DNA of 27,692 nucleotides from a virus (Duplodnaviria > Caudoviricetes). The stretch's first letter is position 1. The number at the start of each line of letters is the position of its first letter. Shown here one piece after another: positions 13,392 through 21,855 of the stretch. The stretch spans positions 1-27,692 of IMG/VR virus record IMGVR_UViG_3300049180_000012. One strand, given 5' to 3'. Both the position numbers and the translations under genes were made by a program. Under the pieces are notes generated by a model. It was not told the origin of the DNA. It worked only from the letters and a program-made list of their open reading frames with translations, and made no database searches.

Positions 13392-15358
13392 CCCATGACG
13401 TATCCTCTATGGTCCGCCGCTTCGAGGAAGCAGAGGAGGCGGCCCGCTCCGCTCGCGAGAAGTCCGAGCGTGACCGTGATTATTATGACGGCAAGCAGTG
13501 GACGGACACCGAGGCGGAGGCGCTGAAGAAGCGCGGGCAGCCCGTCGTCACGTTCAACCGCATCCAGCGCAAGGTCAATTACCTCAAGGGCATGGAGTCG
13601 CAGACCCGGAAGGATCCCAAGGCGTTCCCGCGCACGCCGAATGACGAGGGATCGTCGCAGGCCGCGACTGACGCGCTGCGCTATGTCTGTGACGACCAGA
13701 ACTGGGATGCCAAGCGGTCCGAGGGATTCGAGGACATCATTGTCGAGGGCACTGGCGTGCTCATGGTGGGGGCTCAGCAGACCCGCGATGGCATCGACCC
13801 GGCGATCACCCGCATTCCGTGGGATCGGTTCTATTACGACCCCTATTCGCGCCGCGTCGATTTCTCCGATGCGGGCTACATGGGCATCGTCACGTGGATG
13901 GATGTCTCCGAGGCGAAACGCAAATACCCTGGCCGAGAGGAGGTGATCGAGTCCACCTGGATGCAGGCGCGCGACACAGAGACCTATGACGATCGGCCGA
14001 AGTGGAATCTTTGGGCTGATTACAGTCGCAAGCGCGTTCGGGTGAATGAGGAGTATTATCTCGAGGGCGGGCAGTGGGTGTATTGCACCTATACCAAGGC
14101 CGGCTTTCTGGTTGATCCGGCCGTTTCGCCATACTTGGACGTCGATGGCGAGCCCGAGTGCCCGATCAAGGCGATCTCGGCTTATGTGGACCGCGACAAC
14201 AACAGGTACGGCGAAGTCCGGGCGATGATCTCACCGCAGGACGAGGTGAACAAGCGTCGCTCGAAGGGGTTGCACCTCATCAACTCGCGGCAGATGCGTT
14301 TCGATCGCAGCTTCCAAGGTGAGGCGTCAGCGCTCAAGCGTGAGATGGCGAAGCCTGACGGGGCATTTTTCGCGGACAAAGACGAGATCGAGATTCTCCC
14401 AACCGGCGACATGGCCGCCGCGAACTTCGAGATGCTGCAGGAGGCGAAGGCTGAGATCGACTTGCTCGGTCCGAACGCTGCGCTTGCTGGAAAGAACGAG
14501 AATGACTCTTCGGGTAGGGCGATCCTTGCGCAGCAGCAGGGCGGCATGGTTGAGGTTGCGCTGCTCATGGACCGGCTGCGGCAGCTTTCACTCGCGGTCT
14601 ATCGGTCGGTGTGGGCGCGCATCAAGCAGTATTGGGATGGGCCGCGGTGGATTCGTGTGACCGATGACGAGCGCAACCTGCGCTTTGTCGGGCTCAACGT
14701 GCCGAAGACCATGCTGGACGTTGCCAAGGAGCGGCTGCAGGGCGATCCCGAGGCCGAGCTGAAGCTTGCGCTGCTTGCCCGCGATCCGATGGCCAATCAG
14801 CCGATCGAGGTGCAGAACCCGATCGCTGAGATGGACGTGGACATCATCATCGACGAGGGCATGGACACGCCGACCGTTCAGGCTGAGCAGTTCGACACGC
14901 TCACCAAGATCATGCCGGCGATGACGCAGCTCCCGCCGCCGGTTCTGAGATTGCTGATCACGGCGTCCTCGCTGCGCGACAAGGACAAGCTCCTGGAGAT
15001 CGTCGATCAGATGGAGCAGCAGGCGCAAGCGTCTCAAGAGCAGCAGATGATGCAGCAGATCCAGATCGCCGGGGCGAAGGCCGAGGTTGAAAAGACGCAG
15101 AGCGAGACCGCCCGCAACTACGCGCAGGCGCAGGCCGCCAACCCGCAGGCCGAGATGGAGATGAGGCAGGCTGAAGCGCAGTCGAAGATCGCGATTGCCG
15201 AGCATAAGGCACAGACGGACATGCAGATCGGCGCGATGAAGGCGCAGCAGGGCATGCAGCACGCGGACGAGAAGCACCAGTTCGGTATGGCGATGCAGGC
15301 TCAACAGGCCGAGCAGCGCGCTCAGATGGCGAAGCAGCAGGAAAGGGCGACGGCGTGA
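13376..15358 (+). CDS. P22-like portal protein
   Basis: DRDYYDGKQW, FNRI, SGRAILAQQQGG motifs and long Q/A/M-rich C-terminal barrel; 660 aa after TerL. Confidence 0.92.
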   Translation: MEDSLTHDVSSMVRRFEEAEEAARSAREKSERDRDYYDGKQWTDTEAEALKKRGQPVVTFNRIQRKVNYLKGMESQTRKDPKAFPRTPNDEGSSQAATDALRYVCDDQNWDAKRSEGFEDIIVEGTGVLMVGAQQTRDGIDPAITRIPWDRFYYDPYSRRVDFSDAGYMGIVTWMDVSEAKRKYPGREEVIESTWMQARDTETYDDRPKWNLWADYSRKRVRVNEEYYLEGGQWVYCTYTKAGFLVDPAVSPYLDVDGEPECPIKAISAYVDRDNNRYGEVRAMISPQDEVNKRRSKGLHLINSRQMRFDRSFQGEASALKREMAKPDGAFFADKDEIEILPTGDMAAANFEMLQEAKAEIDLLGPNAALAGKNENDSSGRAILAQQQGGMVEVALLMDRLRQLSLAVYRSVWARIKQYWDGPRWIRVTDDERNLRFVGLNVPKTMLDVAKERLQGDPEAELKLALLARDPMANQPIEVQNPIAEMDVDIIIDEGMDTPTVQAEQFDTLTKIMPAMTQLPPPVLRLLITASSLRDKDKLLEIVDQMEQQAQASQEQQMMQQIQIAGAKAEVEKTQSETARNYAQAQAANPQAEMEMRQAEAQSKIAIAEHKAQTDMQIGAMKAQQGMQHADEKHQFGMAMQAQQAEQRAQMAKQQERATA

Positions 15359-15465
15359 TCGTTCGGAAGCTGGCCGATGGCCGTTATCATATTGTTGAAC
15401 GGGTCAAGGACGCGGCGGGCGAGCGTATTGTCTCGCGCATTGCCACCAAAAGGGCGGCGTCGTGA
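15355..15465 (+). CDS. Micro-protein, 36 aa (MIVRKLADGRYHIVERVKDAAGERIVSRIATKRAAS)
   Basis: GTGA overlaps at both ends; not in track. Confidence 0.55.
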   Translation: MIVRKLADGRYHIVERVKDAAGERIVSRIATKRAAS

Positions 15466-15653
15466 ACGGCTTTACCAAGTGCGCGGATATCCCTGGCTGG
15501 TTGATCAAGGCCGAGCTTTACGATCTTGGGACTAAGTTGGGCCTAGCCGTTTGGAACGGAGAAGAGGGGGCGGGCAAAAAGCGCCACGCCGTCCGCTGCG
15601 ACAATTTGAGTGATGGTATCGCCGCGCTCAAGATTTGGGTGGAGGTGGCGTGA
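15462..15653 (+). CDS. Hypothetical protein, 63 aa
   Basis: GTGA overlaps at both ends. Confidence 0.65.
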   Translation: MNGFTKCADIPGWLIKAELYDLGTKLGLAVWNGEEGAGKKRHAVRCDNLSDGIAALKIWVEVA

Positions 15654-15805
15654 GCATCATTCGTCGTGTGCTAGCTTGGCTGGGGTTTGCCAGGCCAAAG
15701 CCGCCTGGCCAATTGCAGGTGCAAGCGCGTGCGCAGCTTCTTGAATGGGGCCTTGCGGACGCGCGAGACAGATTCAAGCGGGCCCTAGACGAGGCCGCCG
15801 ACTAA
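15650..15805 (+). CDS. Micro-protein, 51 aa (MSIIRRVLAWLGFARPKPPGQ...)
   Basis: GGAGG SD and GTGA overlap; amphipathic N-terminus; not in track. Confidence 0.6.
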   Translation: MSIIRRVLAWLGFARPKPPGQLQVQARAQLLEWGLADARDRFKRALDEAAD

Positions 15806-15832
15806 CCATTGAGTTAATCCGAATTGCGCGTG

Positions 15833-16028
15833 CCGATCCTCGCAAGGGGAGGCCGCGTTGCGGGTAGCTGCCACGATCGGGCGGCGGAAATGCGGGAGAC
15901 GCGCTCCCGTGCCGGACCAGTTTGCGTCGTTTGCACTGCGACGCATTGCCCGCCGCCGGGGCCAACCGGGCGCTTCAAGGGACGACGCCTCTACGGTCGA
16001 AACGGGACGACGCCGAAGCGGTCGGAAC
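15833..16028 (+). ncRNA. Candidate structured cis-regulatory RNA upstream of the scaffold gene
   Basis: Non-coding gap packed with complementary stems and three repeated bulged hairpins (see findings). Confidence 0.45.
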
Positions 16029-16038
16029 GAGGGCAATC

Positions 16039-16812
16039 ATGGAAAACGGGACAAGTCTTGACGAAATCTTCGGGGATGAATCCGGCCAGGCAGAAGCGCC
16101 GCCGCCTGAAACGATAGGGCAGCCGCGCGACGAACATGGACGGTTCGCACCGAAGGACACGGGCGACACAGAGACGGAGCAAGAGGCTCCGCAGCAGGAA
16201 GCGCCGCCGGCTTCCGAACAGGAACCATCCCACATTCCGGTAGCAGCCCTCAAGGATGAGCGGGCAAAACGGCAGCAGTACGAAGATCAACTTCGTCAGG
16301 CTACCGAACGGCTGCAGCAATACGAAGCCTATTTCGCGCAACAGCAAGGCGGGACGGAGCAGGAGCAGGAGCCTGACCCGGTTGAGTTCATCGCTCAGCA
16401 GGTCATGCAACGGCTCACGCCCCAGACCGAGGCGCAGATGCTCACCATGCGGGTCAATGTCGCAGAAGAGTTCGCGCGTCAGAAATGGGCCGACTATGAC
16501 GAGAAGGTCGAGCACTTCAAGGAAGCTGCGAAGACCAATCCGTTCCTTCTGCAGGAATTGAGGACAGCGGCGAACCCGGCGGAATATGCCTACAACGCCG
16601 CGAACAAGATCCTCGAAGCCAAGCAGTATGGAACGGCTTCTCCGTCGCGCGAGCAGCTTGAGGCCGAAATCCGCCAGAAAATCATGGCTGAGATCGGCAT
16701 GCCCCCAAAAGTCCAGGCTCCAACCACTTTAGCGAATGAGCGCTCCACCGGCTCAAGGTCTGGCCCCGCGTGGTCTGGCCCGACGCCTTTGGGCGACATT
16801 TTCGGACGTTAA
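16039..16812 (+). CDS. Capsid scaffolding protein
   Basis: GAGG SD; acidic E/Q/P-rich N-terminus, PRDEHGRF motif, ALKDER coiled coil; directly before the capsid gene. Confidence 0.85.
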   Translation: MENGTSLDEIFGDESGQAEAPPPETIGQPRDEHGRFAPKDTGDTETEQEAPQQEAPPASEQEPSHIPVAALKDERAKRQQYEDQLRQATERLQQYEAYFAQQQGGTEQEQEPDPVEFIAQQVMQRLTPQTEAQMLTMRVNVAEEFARQKWADYDEKVEHFKEAAKTNPFLLQELRTAANPAEYAYNAANKILEAKQYGTASPSREQLEAEIRQKIMAEIGMPPKVQAPTTLANERSTGSRSGPAWSGPTPLGDIFGR

Positions 16813-16864
16813 TCCCGGACCCGCGTCGCGATGACGCCGGCCCTCCCTTAGAAGGATATTTTCC

Positions 16865-17983
16865 ATGGCAGACACGACTTACGCGACTGGGCTCCGCGTC
16901 CAGCAGTGGGAAGATTCGTTCTTCAAAGAGTATTGGCAGGACCGCTTCAAGGAGCTGATGGGCCAAGGCGAGAACGCGATCATCCAGGTCAAGGAGGACC
17001 TGACCAAGAAGGCCGGTGACTCGATCACCATCGCCCTTGTCAACCGCCTGACCAACGCCGCCACGACCGGATCGAATGTTCTGGAAGGCAACGAGGAAGA
17101 CCTCGTTTCCCGTTCGATGCGGATTTACGTCGACAAGGCCCGCAACGGCGTGCGCGTGCCCGAGATGGCCGAGCAGACCTCAGCGATCAGTCTCCGCTCC
17201 GCTGCGAAACCGACGCTTCTGGACTGGGCGCAGGAATATACCCGCGACCAGTACATCACCGCGCTCGGCTCGCTCAACGGCACGGCGTTCCTGTCGCGCA
17301 CCGCGGCTATCGCGGATGCGTGGCTGGTCGATAACGTCGATCGCACCGTGTTCGGCGCTTATGCGGCGGGCGGTTCGGCGGGCGGCACCGACCTGTCGGC
17401 GGACCTTTCGCAGCTCGACACCACCTCGGACCTGTTCAACGCGACCGCTCTGGACGCGATGGTCCTGCGGGCGAAGGTGTGCAGCCCGAAGATCAGGCCG
17501 ATGCGGGACGGCGGCAATGGCCGGCGCTACTATGTCGCGCTCGCCAATCCGCACGCCTTCAAGAACCTGCGCGACAGCCTCGACACCGAGGTTCTGGCCT
17601 CGACGGTCAAGGAAGCGGAAGCGTCCAAGCTGTTCGACGGCGGCGACATCCTGTGGAACGGCGTGATCGTCAAGGAGATGGACAACATCCCGATCTACGC
17701 CAACCTTGGCAATGGCGGCACGACCGAGGTTACGCCGGTCTACCTGCTCGGCGCGCAGGCTCTTGCCCATGCATGGTGCAAGCGCTGGACCTCGAAGACC
17801 GAGGAGTTCGACTACGGCGACAAGCACGGCGTCGCGGTCGAGTCCATCATGGGCATCCGCAAGATCCTGTTCGGCACCGGCACGGGCGACACCGATGATC
17901 TTAAGGATCACGGCGTTGTGTCAGGTTTTTTCGCGACGACCGGCGCTGCGACCCATTCGGGTTCTGCGGCTGAACTCGCCTAA
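16865..17983 (+). CDS. Major capsid protein (N4-gp56/DUF4043-like, HK97 fold)
   Basis: IIQVKEDLTKKAGDSIT, LEGNEEDL, LLGAQAL, EEFDYG, DHGVV motifs; strongly biased codon usage. Confidence 0.93.
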   Translation: MADTTYATGLRVQQWEDSFFKEYWQDRFKELMGQGENAIIQVKEDLTKKAGDSITIALVNRLTNAATTGSNVLEGNEEDLVSRSMRIYVDKARNGVRVPEMAEQTSAISLRSAAKPTLLDWAQEYTRDQYITALGSLNGTAFLSRTAAIADAWLVDNVDRTVFGAYAAGGSAGGTDLSADLSQLDTTSDLFNATALDAMVLRAKVCSPKIRPMRDGGNGRRYYVALANPHAFKNLRDSLDTEVLASTVKEAEASKLFDGGDILWNGVIVKEMDNIPIYANLGNGGTTEVTPVYLLGAQALAHAWCKRWTSKTEEFDYGDKHGVAVESIMGIRKILFGTGTGDTDDLKDHGVVSGFFATTGAATHSGSAAELA

Positions 17984-17994
17984 CCTAAACCTCT

Positions 17995-18022
17995 AGGGCG
18001 GCTTCGGTCGCCCTTTCCTTTT
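17995..18022 (+). terminator. Intrinsic terminator/attenuator after the capsid gene
   Basis: AGGGCGGC-TTCG-GTCGCCCT (cUUCGg loop) followed by TTCCTTTT. Confidence 0.8.
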
Positions 18023-18035
18023 CCGGAGAATTGAA

Positions 18036-18506
18036 ATGGCGACTCTCACTGGCACGAAGGCGGCTGCGACCGCTCCTGTCCCCGGCTTGCCCGTCCCCAC
18101 TGGGGTTCTCGGGGTTGCGTGGGGCATCTACAATCTGGCCGCGAACCCTTCGCAGAACGATGTCATCGAGTTCTGCAAGGTTCCCGCCGGCGCGACCGTT
18201 ATCGGCGGCTTCCTTCAGGGCGCGGACATCGACACCGGCACCGAGGCATTCGACCTTGATATCGGATGGGCGGCGAACGGCACGGACGCGGCCGACACCG
18301 ATGGATTTGGGAACTTCGGCGTCATGGACGGCGATGCTGTGGCACAGTTCCGGCCTGTCGCTGGCATCTATTACCCATTCGTCAACATCATTCAGGACGC
18401 GGGGTACAAAACCTTCGCCGCTGAAACCAAGATCATCGGCACGGTGAACGCCGCGGCGAACGCCGGCGGAACGGGCGTGCTCAAAGTCGTGGTCTTCTAC
18501 GTCTGA
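18036..18506 (+). CDS. Putative head decoration/cement protein
   Basis: GGAG SD; beta-sandwich pattern (DVIEFCKVPAGATV, DIDTG, LDIG); follows the capsid gene. Confidence 0.75.
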   Translation: MATLTGTKAAATAPVPGLPVPTGVLGVAWGIYNLAANPSQNDVIEFCKVPAGATVIGGFLQGADIDTGTEAFDLDIGWAANGTDAADTDGFGNFGVMDGDAVAQFRPVAGIYYPFVNIIQDAGYKTFAAETKIIGTVNAAANAGGTGVLKVVVFYV

Positions 18507-18512
18507 CCTTAC

Positions 18513-18539
18513 GGGCGGGGCTGCGGTCCCGCCCCATTT
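18513..18539 (+). terminator. GC-rich hairpin (weak terminator or stabiliser)
   Basis: GGGCGGGGC-TGCG-GTCCCGCCC, short U tract. Confidence 0.5.
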
Positions 18540-18553
18540 ACGGGAGGGCTGAT

Positions 18554-18799
18554 ATGAAGTTCCGCTTCATCGGCACCTACGCCAATGGCCACACGTCGAT
18601 CGATGGGTGCGGCTATCGGTTTGACGGCCATGAGCCGACCGACGTTGATGGCGAGGAGGCTATCCGCCGCCTCTCGGGCAGCGTTGAGTTCGAGGTTGTT
18701 CACCCGCTCGACCACGATGGCGATGGTGAGAAGGGTGGCAGCCTGCCTGACGCCGTGGCCCCGCGCCGTCGCGGGCGCAAGCCGAAAGCCGCGCAGTGA
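18554..18799 (+). CDS. Small phage protein with DxDxDG motif
   Basis: GGAGG SD; HPLDHDGDGEKGGS and basic RRGRKPK tail. Confidence 0.8.
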   Translation: MKFRFIGTYANGHTSIDGCGYRFDGHEPTDVDGEEAIRRLSGSVEFEVVHPLDHDGDGEKGGSLPDAVAPRRRGRKPKAAQ

Positions 18800-19401
18800 C
18801 GATCACAAGCTATTCCACCTTGGTTGACGCCATAGTGGACCGGATGAACGACAGCGCGCTTTCGGACTATGCGCCGGAGTTCATCCAGCTTGCGGAGGCA
18901 TCGTTCAACCGCCGCCTCAACAACCTCGACATGGAAGGCACCGCGACCATCGACGCGGCGGAGTCGATCCCGTTGCCCACGGATTACAAGGGCGCGATGT
19001 CGATCCGCATCGACGACGAGGCCCCGCTTCGCCAGTTGTCGGCGGACGACATCCAGCAGAAATGGCGTGATCAGACGGGCAGGCCGGTCAACTTCGCGAT
19101 CTACGGTGGGGATATCCATCTCGCGCCCGATCCGAGCGATGGCGATTACACCGTCACGATGACCTACCTGCGGACGCTGACGCCCCTGTCCACATCGAAC
19201 ACGTCGAACTGGCTCCTGGAGCAGCACCCCGACCTGTACCTGTTCGGGGCGCTCGTCGAGGCAGAGACGCGCGGCTGGAACAACGACCAGGCGCTTTTCT
19301 ACAACAGCCGCGTCGAGGGTATGCTTACCGAGATCAACATGCACGATGCCCGAAGGCGTCGCGGCAATCTCACCGACGCTGTCGCCGTCGATTATTTCTG
19401 A
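18796..19401 (+). CDS. Head-tail adaptor protein (podovirus)
   Basis: ITSYSTL, FIQLAEA..NRRL, SNWLL..HPDLYL.GAL.EA motifs. Confidence 0.85.
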   Translation: MTITSYSTLVDAIVDRMNDSALSDYAPEFIQLAEASFNRRLNNLDMEGTATIDAAESIPLPTDYKGAMSIRIDDEAPLRQLSADDIQQKWRDQTGRPVNFAIYGGDIHLAPDPSDGDYTVTMTYLRTLTPLSTSNTSNWLLEQHPDLYLFGALVEAETRGWNNDQALFYNSRVEGMLTEINMHDARRRRGNLTDAVAVDYF

Positions 19402-19409
19402 GGTGACCC

Positions 19410-19529
19410 ATGCCAGCTGAATGGACGGCGGTCGATGACGCCGATGCCTATGCCGGTTCGTTCTATTGGGACCGCGGCTATGTGGTCGATCAGGAATGGA
19501 CGCTCATCCCCGGCGCGGACGGGGACTGA
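19410..19529 (+). CDS. Acidic Trp-rich micro-protein, 39 aa (MPAEWTAVDDADAYAGSFYWDRGYVVDQEWTLIPGADGD)
   Basis: GAGGTG SD; fills the adaptor-nozzle gap; not in track. Confidence 0.65.
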   Translation: MPAEWTAVDDADAYAGSFYWDRGYVVDQEWTLIPGADGD

Positions 19530-19531
19530 GC

Positions 19532-20938
19532 GTGAAGTTCGGCGAGTGGCTGCCTGATCTCCCTGCCTATGGGCATGATGGGCTGACGGTCGCGCGCAAT
19601 GTCTTCCCGACTGCGTTAGGCTACGAGCCCGTCAAGGCATATTCGGCCGTCACTGGCGCATTGCCATCTGCCTGGATGGGGGGGAGGACCTTCATTGGCG
19701 TGGACGGGACGGTCGTTCCTTTGGCTGGCACCAACGCTGGCCTCTACGCTTATATTTCAGGCGCGTGGACGAACAAGTATAGCGCGTCTTATTCGAACAA
19801 GTGGCAGTTCGCGCAGTTCGGGGATTTGGCGATCGGTGTTCAGGGCGCGGCCCCAGTCAAATACACGATTGCGAGTGCCACAGGAGCGCTGCTCGGGGGT
19901 TCGCCGCCGAACGGGGCCTTCATCACGACGGCGAAGGACTTTGTGGTGATCTCAGGCGTCGATAGCGCCAATTCGACGGTTTATTGGTCCGCGATCAACA
20001 ATCCCGAGGGGTGGACGCCGGGGACAGGACAGAGCGACACGCAGGTTCTTCCAGACGGAGGGAAGGTCACTGGGCTCGCCGGGGGCGAGTATATGCTGGT
20101 CTTCCAGCGGGATCAGATATGGCGAGGACAATATGTCGGCCCGCCGTTCATCTTCCAGTTCGACAAGGTTAGCCAAGGGATTGGCTGCATCGCCCCGAAC
20201 TCGATCGTTCAGGCAGGGAGGACGGTCTATTTTCTGTCATCGCGAGGGTATTGCTCGTTCACAGATGGCGCGATCGATCTGATCGGTGCGAACAAGATCG
20301 ATGCGACATTTTTCAGGCAATACTCGGCGGCCGAGATTGAGGACAATGTGTCGGCTGCGATCGATCCCGTCCGGAAGCTGGCTGTTTGGGCGATGCCGCG
20401 CCGGCTGTGGGTTCATAATTTCGAGCTGGGCCGCTGGAGTGACATCGAGGGCAGTTTCACCGGGGTAACGACGGACGCGACGCGCAGCTACACGCTGGAG
20501 CAGATTTCGGCGCTTTATCCGGGTGGGATAGAGACAATCCCCGGCTCGCTCGATGACCCGATATGGAGCGGTGGCACTTCGTTTCTTTCGATCGTGGCTG
20601 AAGACGGGACGCTGGGGAGCTTCGGTTCGCAGACCAACCTTCAGGCGGCGCTCACGATGGCGTTGATGGAGCCGGCGAAGGGGCGAGACATCAGGATCAG
20701 GGCGGCGCGGCTCGACAGTGACGCGACGGGCGATGTCACCCTGAACATCGAAGGACGCCATCGCCTCGGCGATAGCCCAACGGCTTATTCGGGATCGAGC
20801 ATCAGGATGAACGGCGACATGCCTATACGGGCTTCCGGCCGCTATGTGCAGCCAAGCATCACCTTCGCGGAAGGGGCTGACTGGACCTACGCGCAAGGTC
20901 TTGATTTCGTGATGGCGTCGCCTGGAGCGCGGCAGTGA
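19532..20938 (+). CDS. Tail nozzle / packaged-DNA stabilisation protein (P22 gp10-like)
   Basis: FGEWLPD start, WQFAQFG, VYWS, GIGCIAPNS beta-propeller-type motifs; GTG 19532 preferred over 19466. Confidence 0.8.
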   Translation: MKFGEWLPDLPAYGHDGLTVARNVFPTALGYEPVKAYSAVTGALPSAWMGGRTFIGVDGTVVPLAGTNAGLYAYISGAWTNKYSASYSNKWQFAQFGDLAIGVQGAAPVKYTIASATGALLGGSPPNGAFITTAKDFVVISGVDSANSTVYWSAINNPEGWTPGTGQSDTQVLPDGGKVTGLAGGEYMLVFQRDQIWRGQYVGPPFIFQFDKVSQGIGCIAPNSIVQAGRTVYFLSSRGYCSFTDGAIDLIGANKIDATFFRQYSAAEIEDNVSAAIDPVRKLAVWAMPRRLWVHNFELGRWSDIEGSFTGVTTDATRSYTLEQISALYPGGIETIPGSLDDPIWSGGTSFLSIVAEDGTLGSFGSQTNLQAALTMALMEPAKGRDIRIRAARLDSDATGDVTLNIEGRHRLGDSPTAYSGSSIRMNGDMPIRASGRYVQPSITFAEGADWTYAQGLDFVMASPGARQ

Positions 20939-21135
20939 GCATCCCCAGCACATGGGCCAATGTGCAGGACTGGATGCGGATTGTAGCTCGCGATGTGAAT
21001 CCGCTGCTGCAGGGCTATCCGTTCCCCATGCTCGATAGTGAGCCTTCCGGGGTGAACGAGGGGTACACCTACTACGATCTCGGGCTCCACAAGGTCCGCA
21101 CATGGAACGGAAGCGCGTTCCAGAATCATTGGTGA
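20935..21135 (+). CDS. Small tail-associated protein, 66 aa
   Basis: GTGA coupled; EG..YYD....VRTWNGSAF motif. Confidence 0.7.
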   Translation: MSIPSTWANVQDWMRIVARDVNPLLQGYPFPMLDSEPSGVNEGYTYYDLGLHKVRTWNGSAFQNHW

Positions 21136-21144
21136 GGTACTGAT

Positions 21145-21855
21145 ATGGGGCTTCTTGGCGGATCAACCTCCCGTTCAGGCAGTGCGCAGAAATGGGCGCA
21201 ACCCTTCGCCAAAGCGGCGGCGGGTAGCGTGCAGGATGTGTTCAACCAGAACCAGCCCCAACTCCAGCAGATCACCAAGGGCGTCACCGACCTGCTTCCG
21301 GGTATTTCCGGCAACTACCAAAGCTGGAAGCCGCTGACGACGCAGGCGCAGGGCTATTACGGCGATGTGCTTTCGGGCAAATATCTCGACCCGTCCAATA
21401 ATCCCGGCCTTTCCGGGCTCCTCGCGCGCACCCGCAGTGACGTAACCGATCAGGTGAACGGCCAGTTCTCGATGGCTGGCCGGTATGGGTCCGGGGCGCA
21501 TACCGGCATCCTGGCCGACCGCCTTGCCGACGCCGAAAACCAGATCCTCTATGACAATTACAGCCGCGAGCGGGGCATCCAAGACAGCGCCGCGACGATG
21601 CCGGCTCAGATGGAGAACCAGAATCTCGCGCAGTTGCTGCAGGCGTCCGGGGCCGGCGCGGAGCTGCCTTACGCTGGCACGAACAGCATGGCCAACTCGC
21701 TCGCGGCGCTGTTCGCTGGAGGTAAGCAGAAGAGCGGCGGGGGTCTCGGCGGCCTGTTGGGAGCAGCCGGCTCGATTTTCTCTGGCGCTGGCAGCCTGTT
21801 TAGCGGCGGTTTTGGCGGCGGCATGGGCGGCATAGGCGGGACGGGGTTTGGCTGA
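21145..21855 (+). CDS. Putative DNA ejection (pilot) protein 1
   Basis: GAGGT SD; QFS.AGRYGSGA motif, Gly-rich hydrophobic C-terminus; P22 gp7-like position. Confidence 0.7.
   Translation: MGLLGGSTSRSGSAQKWAQPFAKAAAGSVQDVFNQNQPQLQQITKGVTDLLPGISGNYQSWKPLTTQAQGYYGDVLSGKYLDPSNNPGLSGLLARTRSDVTDQVNGQFSMAGRYGSGAHTGILADRLADAENQILYDNYSRERGIQDSAATMPAQMENQNLAQLLQASGAGAELPYAGTNSMANSLAALFAGGKQKSGGGLGGLLGAAGSIFSGAGSLFSGGFGGGMGGIGGTGFG

Noticed and set aside
15802-15817. CTAA-N8-TTAA, resembling a CtrA site
   Set aside because: Spacing is 8 rather than 7 and one half-site is mismatched
15979-16028. Tandem repeat considered as a mini-CRISPR array
   Set aside because: Only two 25-nt units with a 4-nt variable part; no spacers and no cas genes
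15922-16038. Upstream-extended starts in the ORF track (scaffold 15922, nozzle 19466, NinB 1652, cI 5655, cro 5630, GIY-YIG 8672)
   Set aside because: They overlap neighbouring genes or regulatory sites and lack SDs; downstream starts have SDs or stop-start coupling
17926-17932. In-frame slippery heptamer T TTT TTC near the end of the capsid gene (T7 10A/10B-like frameshift?)
   Set aside because: The -1 frame stops after about 13 codons and the +1 frame stops at TAG 17994-17996, so no extended capsid or fusion to the 18036 gene results
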